Shown here piece after piece: positions 17,521 to 25,218 of a stretch of DNA of 32,000 nucleotides; the stretch's first letter is position 1, and each line of letters begins with the position of its first letter. The notes under the pieces are model-generated. The model ran no database searches and was not told the DNA's origin. It worked only from the letters and a program-made list of their open reading frames with translations. Source of the stretch: Planctopirus limnophila DSM 3776 (lineage in GTDB: Bacteria > Planctomycetota > Planctomycetia > Planctomycetales > Planctomycetaceae); the NCBI RefSeq assembly GCF_000092105.1, contig NC_014148.1, positions 300,001 to 332,000 of the forward strand, written 5' to 3'. Both the position numbers and the translations under genes were made by a program.

Positions 17521-18204
17521 CTACGCCCAGGCGAGTTCTGTCTGTCGATCCGGGCCTTTTTTGTGAGCCTGCTCGAATCGGTGTTTTTCGATCTGCTGCC
17601 ACAAGTCGTGGCTGTCAAACAGATCGAGCAAATGTGCCAGACCTGCATCCGCCAGTTCTCTTCCAGAAAGGAAGCGGCCTGGTCGGGACCACTCGGTAAT
17701 CAACTCGACACTGCAGTTGAACAAACGAGCCAATAGCTGATCCTGATCCGACTCCATCCAGCGGAAATGTCGGGCCCATTCGACGGCTTCTTCCAGCTTG
17801 AGCTGGTCATCGGATTGCCAGCGAATGGGATGAAACAGCAGCGAAGCATGGGGCGTCACATAGCGTTCCCGGCAGGCCGCTAAGGGCATCAGTGCTGCCG
17901 AACTGCATTCCCCTGTGACCACGGCCGCCGCCCGGAGACCGCGTAAGCGAATGATCGAAGCGAGTGCCAGGCCCACATACGCATTCCCGCCGCACGAGTC
18001 GATGTAAATGAGGCCTGCTGACCGCCGGGGAAGTTCGACCAGTTTTTCCAGCAGTTCGGTTTGCTGTTCGAAGAGATCACCCGCGATCGTCATTTCCCAT
18101 TCCGGGTTGGGAACAATGGGCGACCATGAAATCGAGGGCCCGGGATAAGCCGGCAAAGGACGAAATGGACTGGGCTTAGAGGGTTTCTTCGACGATTTCG
18201 TCAT
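17521..18204 (-). CDS. ClpP-like (S14/clan SK) protease homologue, solitary
   Basis: LIYIDSCGGNAYVGLA...VVTGECSSAAL...LLFHPI aligns by eye with E. coli ClpP IYLYINSPGG...GQAASMGA...MIHQP, so Ser and His are conserved. The C-terminal RFLSGRELADAGL resembles RDRFLSAPEAVEYGL. The start is taken at MTKSSKKPSKP (ATG 18204). The N-terminal 93 aa of the track ORF look non-coding. Confidence 0.7.
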   Translation of the reverse strand: MTKSSKKPSKPSPFRPLPAYPGPSISWSPIVPNPEWEMTIAGDLFEQQTELLEKLVELPRRSAGLIYIDSCGGNAYVGLALASIIRLRGLRAAAVVTGECSSAALMPLAACRERYVTPHASLLFHPIRWQSDDQLKLEEAVEWARHFRWMESDQDQLLARLFNCSVELITEWSRPGRFLSGRELADAGLAHLLDLFDSHDLWQQIEKHRFEQAHKKGPDRQTELAWA

Positions 18205-18452
18205 TTCTGCCTGAGATCCGTGAGAGGAGCCGCAATTTGCCAGATGACTTGGCTGACGCGAAGTGGAATGACTCGAAAGTTTATCGCTTTGCGGCTGATA
18301 TGTCGCTGATTCTCTGAAGGAATACACTGTGGAGCAGTGAAAAGTTGTTCCGATCAGGTGTTGCCCCAGTGCATCCACTGATCTCACGCGATACGATTTG
18401 GTTGCTGAATAAAAACTTGAAGATCTGCACAGATAGTTTGTGAGGTTGGGCC

Positions 18453-18725
18453 ATGACCAATTCAAGAACTGTTCACCCGGCAAACCAACGACCCAAAAGT
18501 GCCCGGTTGATATTCCGTACGGGATTTCTGTGGACGGCAGTGCTCATATTCCCGGAGATGGGCGATTTGCCATCGGCAGCGTGGGCCCAGCCTGCAGCGC
18601 CTGCTCAGCCTACGGCTCCAGTGGCCAGACCAGTGGCCACCATCAGCTGGCTGGATGCTGGGATCTTTGCCGCTCTGGCCGGGGGTGCACTCTTCGCAGT
18701 CTGCCGTGCGAGCAACCGGATGTAG
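18453..18725 (+). CDS. Small secreted/anchored protein: signal-like N-terminus, Pro/Ala-rich linker, C-terminal hydrophobic helix plus basic tail
   Basis: 90 aa. LIFRTGFLWTAVLIFPEMGDLPSAAWA then QPAAPAQPTAPVARP, ending WLDAGIFAALAGGALFAVCRASNRM. GAGG lies 7 nt upstream of the ATG. No family was recognised. Confidence 0.5.
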   Translation: MTNSRTVHPANQRPKSARLIFRTGFLWTAVLIFPEMGDLPSAAWAQPAAPAQPTAPVARPVATISWLDAGIFAALAGGALFAVCRASNRM

Positions 18726-18726
18726 T
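18705..18726. repeat. 22-bp perfect direct repeat, copy 1 (CGTGCGAGCAACCGGATGTAGT). Contains the stop codon of the 90-aa ORF.
   Basis: Identical to 19017-19038. Confidence 0.9.
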
Positions 18727-18863
18727 GATGAGATGCTGTTTGTCTTGATCCGCACCTGATACGAATCGCAGTGTGCTATAGCGATTTCACGACTGCATAA
18801 AACATGCTTGCCCAAAGCTGCTGTCTATTTCACACATCTTCGCTGAAGTGCTCATGAGATGCG

Positions 18864-19015
18864 TGGCTGGGGTCAAACGTCCTCGTTTGCCCCCAGGTCA
18901 CAGGGCGTTGAATGTTCATGGCAATCATCATGGCAAGGGACGTTACAGGTGCAATCGTGCTTGCGAACATTGATGACCAGGGGGCGGATGAAGACATCCG
19001 ACCCCTGCCACCCGG
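18864..19015. mobile_element. MITE-like palindromic element, copy 2 (~152 bp)
   Basis: It has the same 37-nt left end as copy 1. The right end is GGGGGCGGATGAAGACATCCGACCCCTGCCACCCGG. The interior is different but is itself palindromic (AATGTTC...GAACATT and GCAATC...). Confidence 0.6.
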
Positions 19016-19016
19016 T

Positions 19017-19038
19017 CGTGCGAGCAACCGGATGTAGT
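19017..19038. repeat. 22-bp perfect direct repeat, copy 2, abutting the right end of MITE copy 2
   Basis: Identical to 18705-18726. Confidence 0.9.
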
Positions 19039-19066
19039 CAGCAGTGACTGGTGAATTGTCGACTCG

Positions 19067-20392
19067 TCATGGCTTGGGTGCTTCAATCCGATACAGATGA
19101 TGATCGGTTCGCAAGTAGATCGATTGATCAACTGGTGCAAGAGTGGCCAGCGTGCGGCCTGGAAGTGGGTTCTCGGCGAGAACTTCAAACTCGGTTCCCG
19201 GTCTCACGACTGTGGTGAGACCGGCTTCATTGGTGATGTACAGCTTGCCGGCTGCAAAGACCCAGGAGGCTGAGTAGTTCCCGGGGATCCGCTGCTGCCA
19301 GTGAACTTTCCCCGTCTTCATATCAACGCAACTGGCAATGCCGCCGTCACTGATGAAGTAGATTTCGTCACCCACTACGACGGGCGAAGGATTGAGTGGA
19401 GCTCCTTTTTTCATCTGCCAGCGCACGTGTGTTTCTGTGATATCGCCTTGACCTGTGGGATCGATCGCAAAGACAACCGGTGTGTTATAGCCCGACGAAA
19501 CGACGACGAGACCATGGGCATAGACTGGCCGGGGTACATTGGAATACCCTTTGGGGTATCGCACTTTCCAGATTTCTTCGCCAGTTTTTGGGTTATAGGC
19601 GATGACCCATTCTCCGCCCGGGCACACGACCTGTGCCTGCTTTGTGCCATCCGGTAGCGGCACTTGAATGAGTAGCGGAGTGCAATAGGCCATGGCCCCT
19701 TCGCGACTGGTACGCCAGACTTCCTTGCCGGTCAGTTTATCGAGTGCCACGACGAACTGTTTGTCGTCGCCATCGCAACTGATGATCAGCAACTGATCGA
19801 CCACCACTGGTGATGCCGCTGGCCCGTGCCGGTGATCGTATTCGAGTTTGGTCTTCCAGAGGATCTTCCCGGACGGGTCGAGACAAGCAGTGCCATGAGC
19901 ACCAAAGTGGACATAGATGCGATTGTCTTCAATCCAAGGCGTGGGTGAGGCATGCGAGTTTTTGGAATGAATGGCACCAGGATCGTCGAGTTCAAAAACG
20001 AGGACATCGTGCAGAATCTGGCCCTGGGCGGCATCGACGCAAATGGCCCGCAACTGCTTGCCGTCATCGACGGCGGTTGTCAGCCAGATTTTGCCATCAC
20101 GCAGTGCGGGGGAACTCCAGCCACGGCCAGGGATCTCGGTTTTCCAGCGAATGTTCTTCTCTTCGCTCCATTCGATGGGGAGCATCGTTTCGGAACTCAG
20201 GCCTTCGCCCGAAGGACCACGGAACTGCGGCCAATCCGCTGCCAGCACCCTGGTCTTTGAGAAAGAGACACTCAGCATGACCAGCAGACTGGCCACACCT
20301 AGAAACTGGCACAAAGAGCGGGAAGAGAAACTGGCGGACAAGCGAAGGCGGGCAGTCAAGAGACAAACCATGGGCAGGCACTCGATCAACAA
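19067..20392 (-). CDS. Secreted PQQ-like beta-propeller repeat protein (paralogue 1)
   Basis: 441 aa. A signal-like N-terminus is followed by ADWPQFRGPSGEGLS...IRWKTEIPGRGWSSPALRDGKIWLTT and repeated 'G(K/E)xxW' blade motifs. It is clearly paralogous to 27445-28767. Confidence 0.8.
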   Translation of the reverse strand: MLIECLPMVCLLTARLRLSASFSSRSLCQFLGVASLLVMLSVSFSKTRVLAADWPQFRGPSGEGLSSETMLPIEWSEEKNIRWKTEIPGRGWSSPALRDGKIWLTTAVDDGKQLRAICVDAAQGQILHDVLVFELDDPGAIHSKNSHASPTPWIEDNRIYVHFGAHGTACLDPSGKILWKTKLEYDHRHGPAASPVVVDQLLIISCDGDDKQFVVALDKLTGKEVWRTSREGAMAYCTPLLIQVPLPDGTKQAQVVCPGGEWVIAYNPKTGEEIWKVRYPKGYSNVPRPVYAHGLVVVSSGYNTPVVFAIDPTGQGDITETHVRWQMKKGAPLNPSPVVVGDEIYFISDGGIASCVDMKTGKVHWQQRIPGNYSASWVFAAGKLYITNEAGLTTVVRPGTEFEVLAENPLPGRTLATLAPVDQSIYLRTDHHLYRIEAPKP

Positions 20393-20509
20393 TGGAACGT
20401 CTAAATCTGAGTATCGATCAACTTAAACACTGGCAGATGCACAGGCGGGGATACTCGAATCTTTCGCGTCAATGCGAGCTGTTGCTGCAAGAGGTTCGAG
20501 TGTCAGGTG

Positions 20510-20540
20510 CAAAAACAACATGAAAACTTCTTCATGTTGT
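20510..20540 (-). terminator. Candidate intrinsic terminator of the yjbQ-cassette transcription unit
   Basis: The minus strand reads ACAACATGAA-GAAGTT-TTCATGTTGT followed by TTTTGC. This is a 10-bp A/T-rich stem with a 6-nt loop and a short U-tract, so it is orientation-specific to the minus strand. It lies 20 nt after the relic stop. Confidence 0.4.
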
Positions 20541-20558
20541 GAAGAATCGACACAGGTT

Positions 20559-20792
20559 TCAAGCACCTGCTGCGGGCGAATTCCAGTGAATCGCACCTTT
20601 TTCGACTTCCCGGCCCATGATCTGCCGCTTCATGTGAGCGTCGGGATTGTCTTCACCGATCCAGCTATACGCGTTTCGCCAAGATCAGGCATTAAAGTCT
20701 GCGAGGCCCGGAACGACCTTCGGTTCAGGACTCGCACTGGCAAGCTCAGGCGGCACCATCAACAAATCGTGAAACACCTTCGTTCTTTCCAT
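20559..20792 (-). pseudogene. yjbQ-like relic (C-terminal-half fragment with an in-frame TGA)
   Basis: A single frame reads MERTKVFHDLLMVPPELASASPEPKVVPGLADFNA-[TGA 20687-20685][41 protein letters not shown]. [18 protein letters not shown] matches [18 protein letters not shown] of the intact YjbQ. The N-terminal half and the conserved C-terminal G-x-L-x-x-G-x-W-Q/E block are missing. Confidence 0.5.
20605..20660. repeat. Direct repeat (downstream copy) of yjbQ coding sequence
   Basis: ACTTCCCGGCCCATGATCTGCCGCTTCATGTGAGCGTCGG is identical over 40 nt to 22021-22060. After 2 mismatches comes a 12-nt identical block, TTGTCTTCACCG. The offset is exactly 1416 bp. Confidence 0.9.
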
Positions 20793-20818
20793 GGGGCCAA
20801 GTCAGGCTGCCGAACCTG

Positions 20819-21112
20819 TTATGAGGACTCTCCGATGATCTCATCAAAGCGTTCCGCCAGTACGAGGAACTCATCGGCCCAGCCGTTGCTCATGGAAGTT
20901 TCCTGTAACGGGCCAGTTACCACAAACAGAAACCTCAATTCATCAATCTTGACCGTCAAGGATTGCTCCAATCGTCGAATTGAGTGATCGAGACGTTCAA
21001 GGATGTCCTTAGCATCCATGCACGACCAGTCTGAGTCCTCCGACTGGGCCACTATGTCACGGCATCGTTGAAGGACTTTTAGAAGAGCAGATTCGTCGAA
21101 AACTGATCGCAT
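20819..21112 (-). CDS. Small acidic cytoplasmic protein, unknown function (cassette gene C, 97 aa)
   Basis: GGAG lies 6 nt upstream of ATG 21112 (MRSVFDESALLKVLQRCRDIVAQSEDSDW...LFVVTGPLQETSMSNGWADEFLVLAERFDEIIGESS). It starts 14 nt after the stop of gene B. No TM segment or signal peptide. Confidence 0.6.
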   Translation of the reverse strand: MRSVFDESALLKVLQRCRDIVAQSEDSDWSCMDAKDILERLDHSIRRLEQSLTVKIDELRFLFVVTGPLQETSMSNGWADEFLVLAERFDEIIGESS

Positions 21113-21125
21113 ACAAATCTCCACT

Positions 21126-21509
21126 TTAGGCAGGTGAGTCATCCCAGTCCCATTCATCAGGTCGAAAGCCCTTGATCTCTTGGCCGTGGAACATCATCCC
21201 CGTGAATACTGTGTTCGTTACAACTGCCCCCTTGAATGCTGCATGTTCTATCAGGACGTTCTCGAAAACGGCGTCTGTCAAATCCGCTCCTCTGAAGTCA
21301 GTGCATTTGAGGTTCATGTTGCGAAACGTCACCCCTTGAAGATTTGTTCGTCTGGCATCGATATCACTGAAGAACCCATCCTGAAAGGTCGTTCCTTGTA
21401 GATTTGCACCCTCCAGCACTGAACCATCCGCGAGGCAGACTCCCACAAATACTCGTTCCCCGTTCGAGTATCTCCTGAGTAGTTCTTCACCGTCGATGTC
21501 ATCGTTCAT
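21126..21509 (-). CDS. Pentapeptide-repeat protein (cassette gene B, 127 aa)
   Basis: Consecutive A(D/N)LxX-type pentapeptides: GANLQGTTFQDGFFSDIDARRTNLQGVTFRNMNLKCTDFRGADLTDAVFENVLIEHAAFKGAVVTNTVF. Its start overlaps the stop of gene A (ATGA). Confidence 0.85.
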   Translation of the reverse strand: MNDDIDGEELLRRYSNGERVFVGVCLADGSVLEGANLQGTTFQDGFFSDIDARRTNLQGVTFRNMNLKCTDFRGADLTDAVFENVLIEHAAFKGAVVTNTVFTGMMFHGQEIKGFRPDEWDWDDSPA

Positions 21510-21892
21510 TTGCGGGTTAATCCATCTACAAGATCAATACTCAGTTGCTCGAACATGTAAGACTGATCGCTCACGGAACGGGGCGACACTTCAATCACGT
21601 CCCTCCCTGACAGTTCGTAGTAATCGCCAAACCTCTCAATGCAGTCCATCCAGTCGCCCAAATGGTTTGTAGTCTTGTGGAGCAGGTCTGAATAAAGTTT
21701 GTCGATTGGCTCGAAAACCTCTAGATTTATCAATCGCCCTTCACATCGTGTGAACTCAATCGAATCGAGGATCAGGTGCATCCGAAGACAGATATCCGGC
21801 AAGTGCTCGCTGGTAAGTTTAGATGGATTAAGCGGAGGACGAACGAGTCGCCCCTTAGACACCAAACTAGCTGCAAGCCAATCGATCTTCAT
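21506..21892 (-). CDS. Small acidic cytoplasmic protein, unknown function (cassette gene A, 128 aa)
   Basis: GAGGTGA lies 8 nt upstream of ATG 21892, which is 14 nt after the yjbQ stop. MKIDWLAASLVSKGRLVRPPLNPSKL...HLGDWMDCIERFGDYYELSGRDVIEV. No motif recognised. Confidence 0.6.
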   Translation of the reverse strand: MKIDWLAASLVSKGRLVRPPLNPSKLTSEHLPDICLRMHLILDSIEFTRCEGRLINLEVFEPIDKLYSDLLHKTTNHLGDWMDCIERFGDYYELSGRDVIEVSPRSVSDQSYMFEQLSIDLVDGLTRK

Positions 21893-21905
21893 TTAAAGAC
21901 TCACC

Positions 21906-22328
21906 TCACTCCCCAATCACTTTCACCAGCACCCGCTTATCCCTACGTCCGTCGAACTCGCCATAAAAAATCTGTTCCCACGGTCCGAAGTCGAGTTGGC
22001 CTTTGGTAATCGCCACCACCACTTCCCGGCCCATGATCTGCCGCTTCATGTGAGCGTCGGCGTTGTCTTCACCGGTGCGATTGTGAGCGTAACGCTGAGG
22101 TGAAGCGTCGAAGGGTGCGAGATTTTCGAGCCACTTTTTGTAGTCGCTGTGCAGACCCGGCTCATCATCATTAATGAACACGCTGGCGGTAATGTGCATC
22201 GCGTTGACCAGCACCAGCCCTTCCTGCACGCCGCTGGCCCGCACAATGGCCTCGATCTTCGGCGTGATGTTCTCAAACGCCATGCGAGCCGGGAGGTTGA
22301 AGGTCAGGTATTCCGTGTGGGATTTCAT
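21906..22328 (-). CDS. yjbQ: YjbQ/UPF0047 family protein (secondary thiamine-phosphate synthase family)
   Basis: 140 aa. [36 protein letters not shown]...[61 protein letters not shown] matches the family pattern I recall from E. coli YjbQ (...HTSASLT.NE...YEHDYEG.DDMPSHIKSS..G...G.WQGI.L.E.R). Confidence 0.88.
   Translation of the reverse strand: MKSHTEYLTFNLPARMAFENITPKIEAIVRASGVQEGLVLVNAMHITASVFINDDEPGLHSDYKKWLENLAPFDASPQRYAHNRTGEDNADAHMKRQIMGREVVVAITKGQLDFGPWEQIFYGEFDGRRDKRVLVKVIGE
22021..22076. repeat. Direct repeat (upstream copy, inside intact yjbQ)
   Basis: See 20605-20660. Confidence 0.9.
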
Positions 22329-22513
22329 CGAACGAATTGTTCCTTACACCTGAGAAACAGGCTGGAGTTTTTCCAGCTCTTTGGAACGGAAATCTTGCGC
22401 ATCACTTCTACATTATCAAAATCTCCCACGAATGATCGGTCGATCCATTACGTGAGGAAGTGGTGATGGGGACTGAGGGAATCCATCGTTCCAGAACTCG
22501 CCAAACGCCGCAA

Positions 22514-22534
22514 CTTCGCGAAATTTTCGCGAAG
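22514..22534. promoter_or_regulatory. Perfect 21-bp palindrome (10-bp arms, 1-nt centre) in the divergent yjbQ / 840-aa-protein intergenic region. Candidate operator.
   Basis: In CTTCGCGAAATTTTCGCGAAG every position i pairs with position 22-i. It lies in a 367-bp divergent promoter region. Confidence 0.35.
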
Positions 22535-22695
22535 CCGCCCAGAGGAAAAGCCGTTCTGTTCGTAATCGGTCGTGTTCTCCGATACCATCATTTCCAGTAA
22601 GTCAGCATCCGATTTTCTGATTGTCTTTCTGGAAATCGGATTGCCATGCTTGTCATGACTCTACCGCTCTTCTGTGAGAAAGTCGGTTTGGGCCG

Positions 22696-25218
22696 ATGCC
22701 TCCGAGACCAACCTTGAATTGCTTTCACTTCGTATCAATCACGCCGGTTGCGAGTCTACAAAGTTCCTCGACATCGAGTGATCGAGGGTCAGTCACGGAT
22801 CGACCAACGCCACCTATTGCGATCATCCGGAAAGTCAGTCGAAACGTCTGGCTCTGCCTCACCATGGCATGTTGGACGATTCTTTGCGGAAATAGTCTCT
22901 GTTTGATCGAGGCTCGGGGAGAGAACACCACAGCTCCCGAAATCTCATCAGCCGCGATCTCAGGCACTCCTGCACGCCCCTGGGCCACGCTGGAAGTGGG
23001 TGTAGCAGGTTTCTGGCAGCCAGGAATCTGGGCTCCCTGCCGACTGAGTTCGAGCGATCTTCTGCCGGAAACGACATCTGTTCAACTGGCGACTCCCGAT
23101 GTCGATGGCTCACCCGTTTCGCTCCGGCTGGCACGGCAAGCTTCTCTCTCTGGAAAGAGGCCGGTTCTTTGGAGTGGCTTTATCAAGCTGGCCAGCCCTT
23201 CGGCTGCAATCACGATTTCGCAGTTGGATGAGGCTGGTAAGCTGCTCAAAACGGATCGTATTGAAGCTGGTTTCGCACCCGGTTTTCAGTCAGGCCACGG
23301 ATTGGAAGAAAGGCTTGTCGCGACGATCGGGTTGCCCCAGGCCACGCGAAACCTGTTGAATCAGCTCAAGGGCATGGCAGCTTCTCGAACTCGCGGCCCG
23401 CTCCAGGTTGTCCATCTCGAGAGTCCTGCCGAATTGCCGCAGGATCTCGCAGGGTGGTCAGCCATAGATTACCTGCTCGTGGGGGGAACAGCCACGTTCC
23501 AGGATGTCGAAAGCCAGAAGCTCAAAGCGTGGGTCGAAACCGGTGGCACACTCTGGACATCGCTGCAACTGGTCACCGATGCGGAAGCCACAGGCTTATC
23601 ACCAGAAGCTCGTTTAGCCCTGGTATCACGTGGTCTTGCCAGTTGGCTACCTGCCGATCTGACAACAGAAGTGACTATTGTTCGCGAACTGGGTTCACTG
23701 GAAAAACTCGCCCAAAGCGATAAACGCATTCCACAAAGTGGCCGCATCAGCCTGCCTCGCTTTCGCATGCGGCAAGGAGAACTGCTCGCTGCCAGCCGGG
23801 ATGATCAACTGCTGGTCCGCTCCGCTTATGGGCTGGGAGTCGTAACGATTCTGGCGCTGGATCCTGCGAAGACACCGCTGCAGAACTGGGAAGCGCAGCC
23901 GCGATTATGGCAGCAGCTGGCGGCGGAATCTGTCACTCGATCGGAATCCTCTTTGGAGTCCTCACGTCAACTGGTTTCAACGGGCGTAACAGATCTCGCG
24001 ACACAGTTATCTGGAGTGGTCGAAACGTTTCCCGGGGTGCAGCGGATCACACCTGGTCTATTGATGGCCACCTTACTGGTTATTGTGCTCCTGGTCGGAC
24101 CGATCGATTATCTGATTGTCCATCGTCTCCTTAAGCGGCCAGCACTTACGTGGATCACGTTTCCTGCGATGGTCGTACTCCTGGTGATGGGGATGAGTCT
24201 CTGGGCAGCGAAAACCAATGGTATTGAAGCCACCAGCCAGACCATCAGCGTGGTCGATCTTGACCCTGTGGCACAGGTTGGTCGCACATTCTCGCTGCAT
24301 GCGATCTATGGTGCGGAACCTAATCGTCTGGTGGTGAAGGCCAAATCCCAATGGCCTCAAGCGCAGAGGGTGACCGGTAGCGAGGATGATCTGCCCATTC
24401 TTTCGTGGTGGGCTCCGCCAGAAGGTTCGCTGGGTGGGTTGCTGCGTCCGGGCGGCAATTTCTTTGCGGCTGCACCCTACGAACTGGAACCACAAAAATC
24501 GATGCTCAATGGGCTACCTGTCGAACATTGGGGAACCCGGTTACTGCAGAGCGAAAGTCGCTATCGCATCCCGGAGCCATTGTTCGAAGCCAACCTCGAA
24601 ACCAACGGCTTAGGAAAGCTCACTGGCACAATTCGCCACAAGCTTCCAGCGCCAATTACCGATTGGGTGCTGGTGCATGGCAACCGACTCTATCGCTGGC
24701 TGGATCGAGGCGATGAGGAACGGATTGTGCCGTTGGAAGCCAATTTCGTCTGGCGTGTCGATCAACCAGGCATTACACAGCGAGAGTTGCGCGGCTTTAT
24801 GACCGGTGCCCGGGCTCGAACGGTCAAAGGGGATGCGTCCGGTGCTGGCGGCACAATTGCTGTTGAGCAGGCGGCCTACAATGCCCTGGGGAGTGATCCC
24901 GTCGATATTGTGCGCATGATGAGCTTCCATGAGGACATTGGCGGTGCCGGCTATACGGGCCTGACGAGCAAGTTGATCTCGGGTGCTGATCTTTCGATGC
25001 AGCTTCGGCTCGGAAAAGCCATCCTGGTGGGCCGCATTGCTCAGCCAGCGACGAGTCTGGAAATTGATGCGGATAACTATTTGAGACCCAGCAAAGGTTC
25101 CAAGGGGCCGACACAAACGAAGTCAGGAGAAGTCATCACGATCATTCGCTGCATTCTGCCTGTCACCAGTTCCTCCGGCGGTGAACTGGCACCTTTGCCA
25201 AAGTTGAACTCGAAATGA
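22696..25218 (+). CDS. Large exported/membrane protein of unknown function with two central TM helices
   Basis: 840 aa. The N-terminal hydrophobic segment is VWLCLTMACWTILCGNSLCLIEA. The central helices are LLMATLLVIVLLVGPIDYLIV and LTWITFPAMVVLLVMGMSLWAA. The segment LLVGGTATFQDVESQKLKAWVETGGTLWTSL is reminiscent of GATase1-like 'ABC auxiliary/BatA-type' domains, but that is weak recall only. Confidence 0.75.
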   Translation: MPPRPTLNCFHFVSITPVASLQSSSTSSDRGSVTDRPTPPIAIIRKVSRNVWLCLTMACWTILCGNSLCLIEARGENTTAPEISSAAISGTPARPWATLEVGVAGFWQPGIWAPCRLSSSDLLPETTSVQLATPDVDGSPVSLRLARQASLSGKRPVLWSGFIKLASPSAAITISQLDEAGKLLKTDRIEAGFAPGFQSGHGLEERLVATIGLPQATRNLLNQLKGMAASRTRGPLQVVHLESPAELPQDLAGWSAIDYLLVGGTATFQDVESQKLKAWVETGGTLWTSLQLVTDAEATGLSPEARLALVSRGLASWLPADLTTEVTIVRELGSLEKLAQSDKRIPQSGRISLPRFRMRQGELLAASRDDQLLVRSAYGLGVVTILALDPAKTPLQNWEAQPRLWQQLAAESVTRSESSLESSRQLVSTGVTDLATQLSGVVETFPGVQRITPGLLMATLLVIVLLVGPIDYLIVHRLLKRPALTWITFPAMVVLLVMGMSLWAAKTNGIEATSQTISVVDLDPVAQVGRTFSLHAIYGAEPNRLVVKAKSQWPQAQRVTGSEDDLPILSWWAPPEGSLGGLLRPGGNFFAAAPYELEPQKSMLNGLPVEHWGTRLLQSESRYRIPEPLFEANLETNGLGKLTGTIRHKLPAPITDWVLVHGNRLYRWLDRGDEERIVPLEANFVWRVDQPGITQRELRGFMTGARARTVKGDASGAGGTIAVEQAAYNALGSDPVDIVRMMSFHEDIGGAGYTGLTSKLISGADLSMQLRLGKAILVGRIAQPATSLEIDADNYLRPSKGSKGPTQTKSGEVITIIRCILPVTSSSGGELAPLPKLNSK

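Noticed and set aside
18912-19038. 42-codon plus-strand ORF inside MITE copy 2 ending RASNRM*
   Set aside because: It is most simply a by-product of the palindromic repeat plus the duplicated 22-mer. It has no ribosome-binding site. It is mentioned only as context for the 22-bp repeat finding.
20472-20987. 171-aa plus-strand ORF
   Set aside because: It is antisense to the yjbQ relic and to cassette gene C. Its '[22 protein letters not shown]' stretch is simply the reverse reading of the duplicated yjbQ segment.
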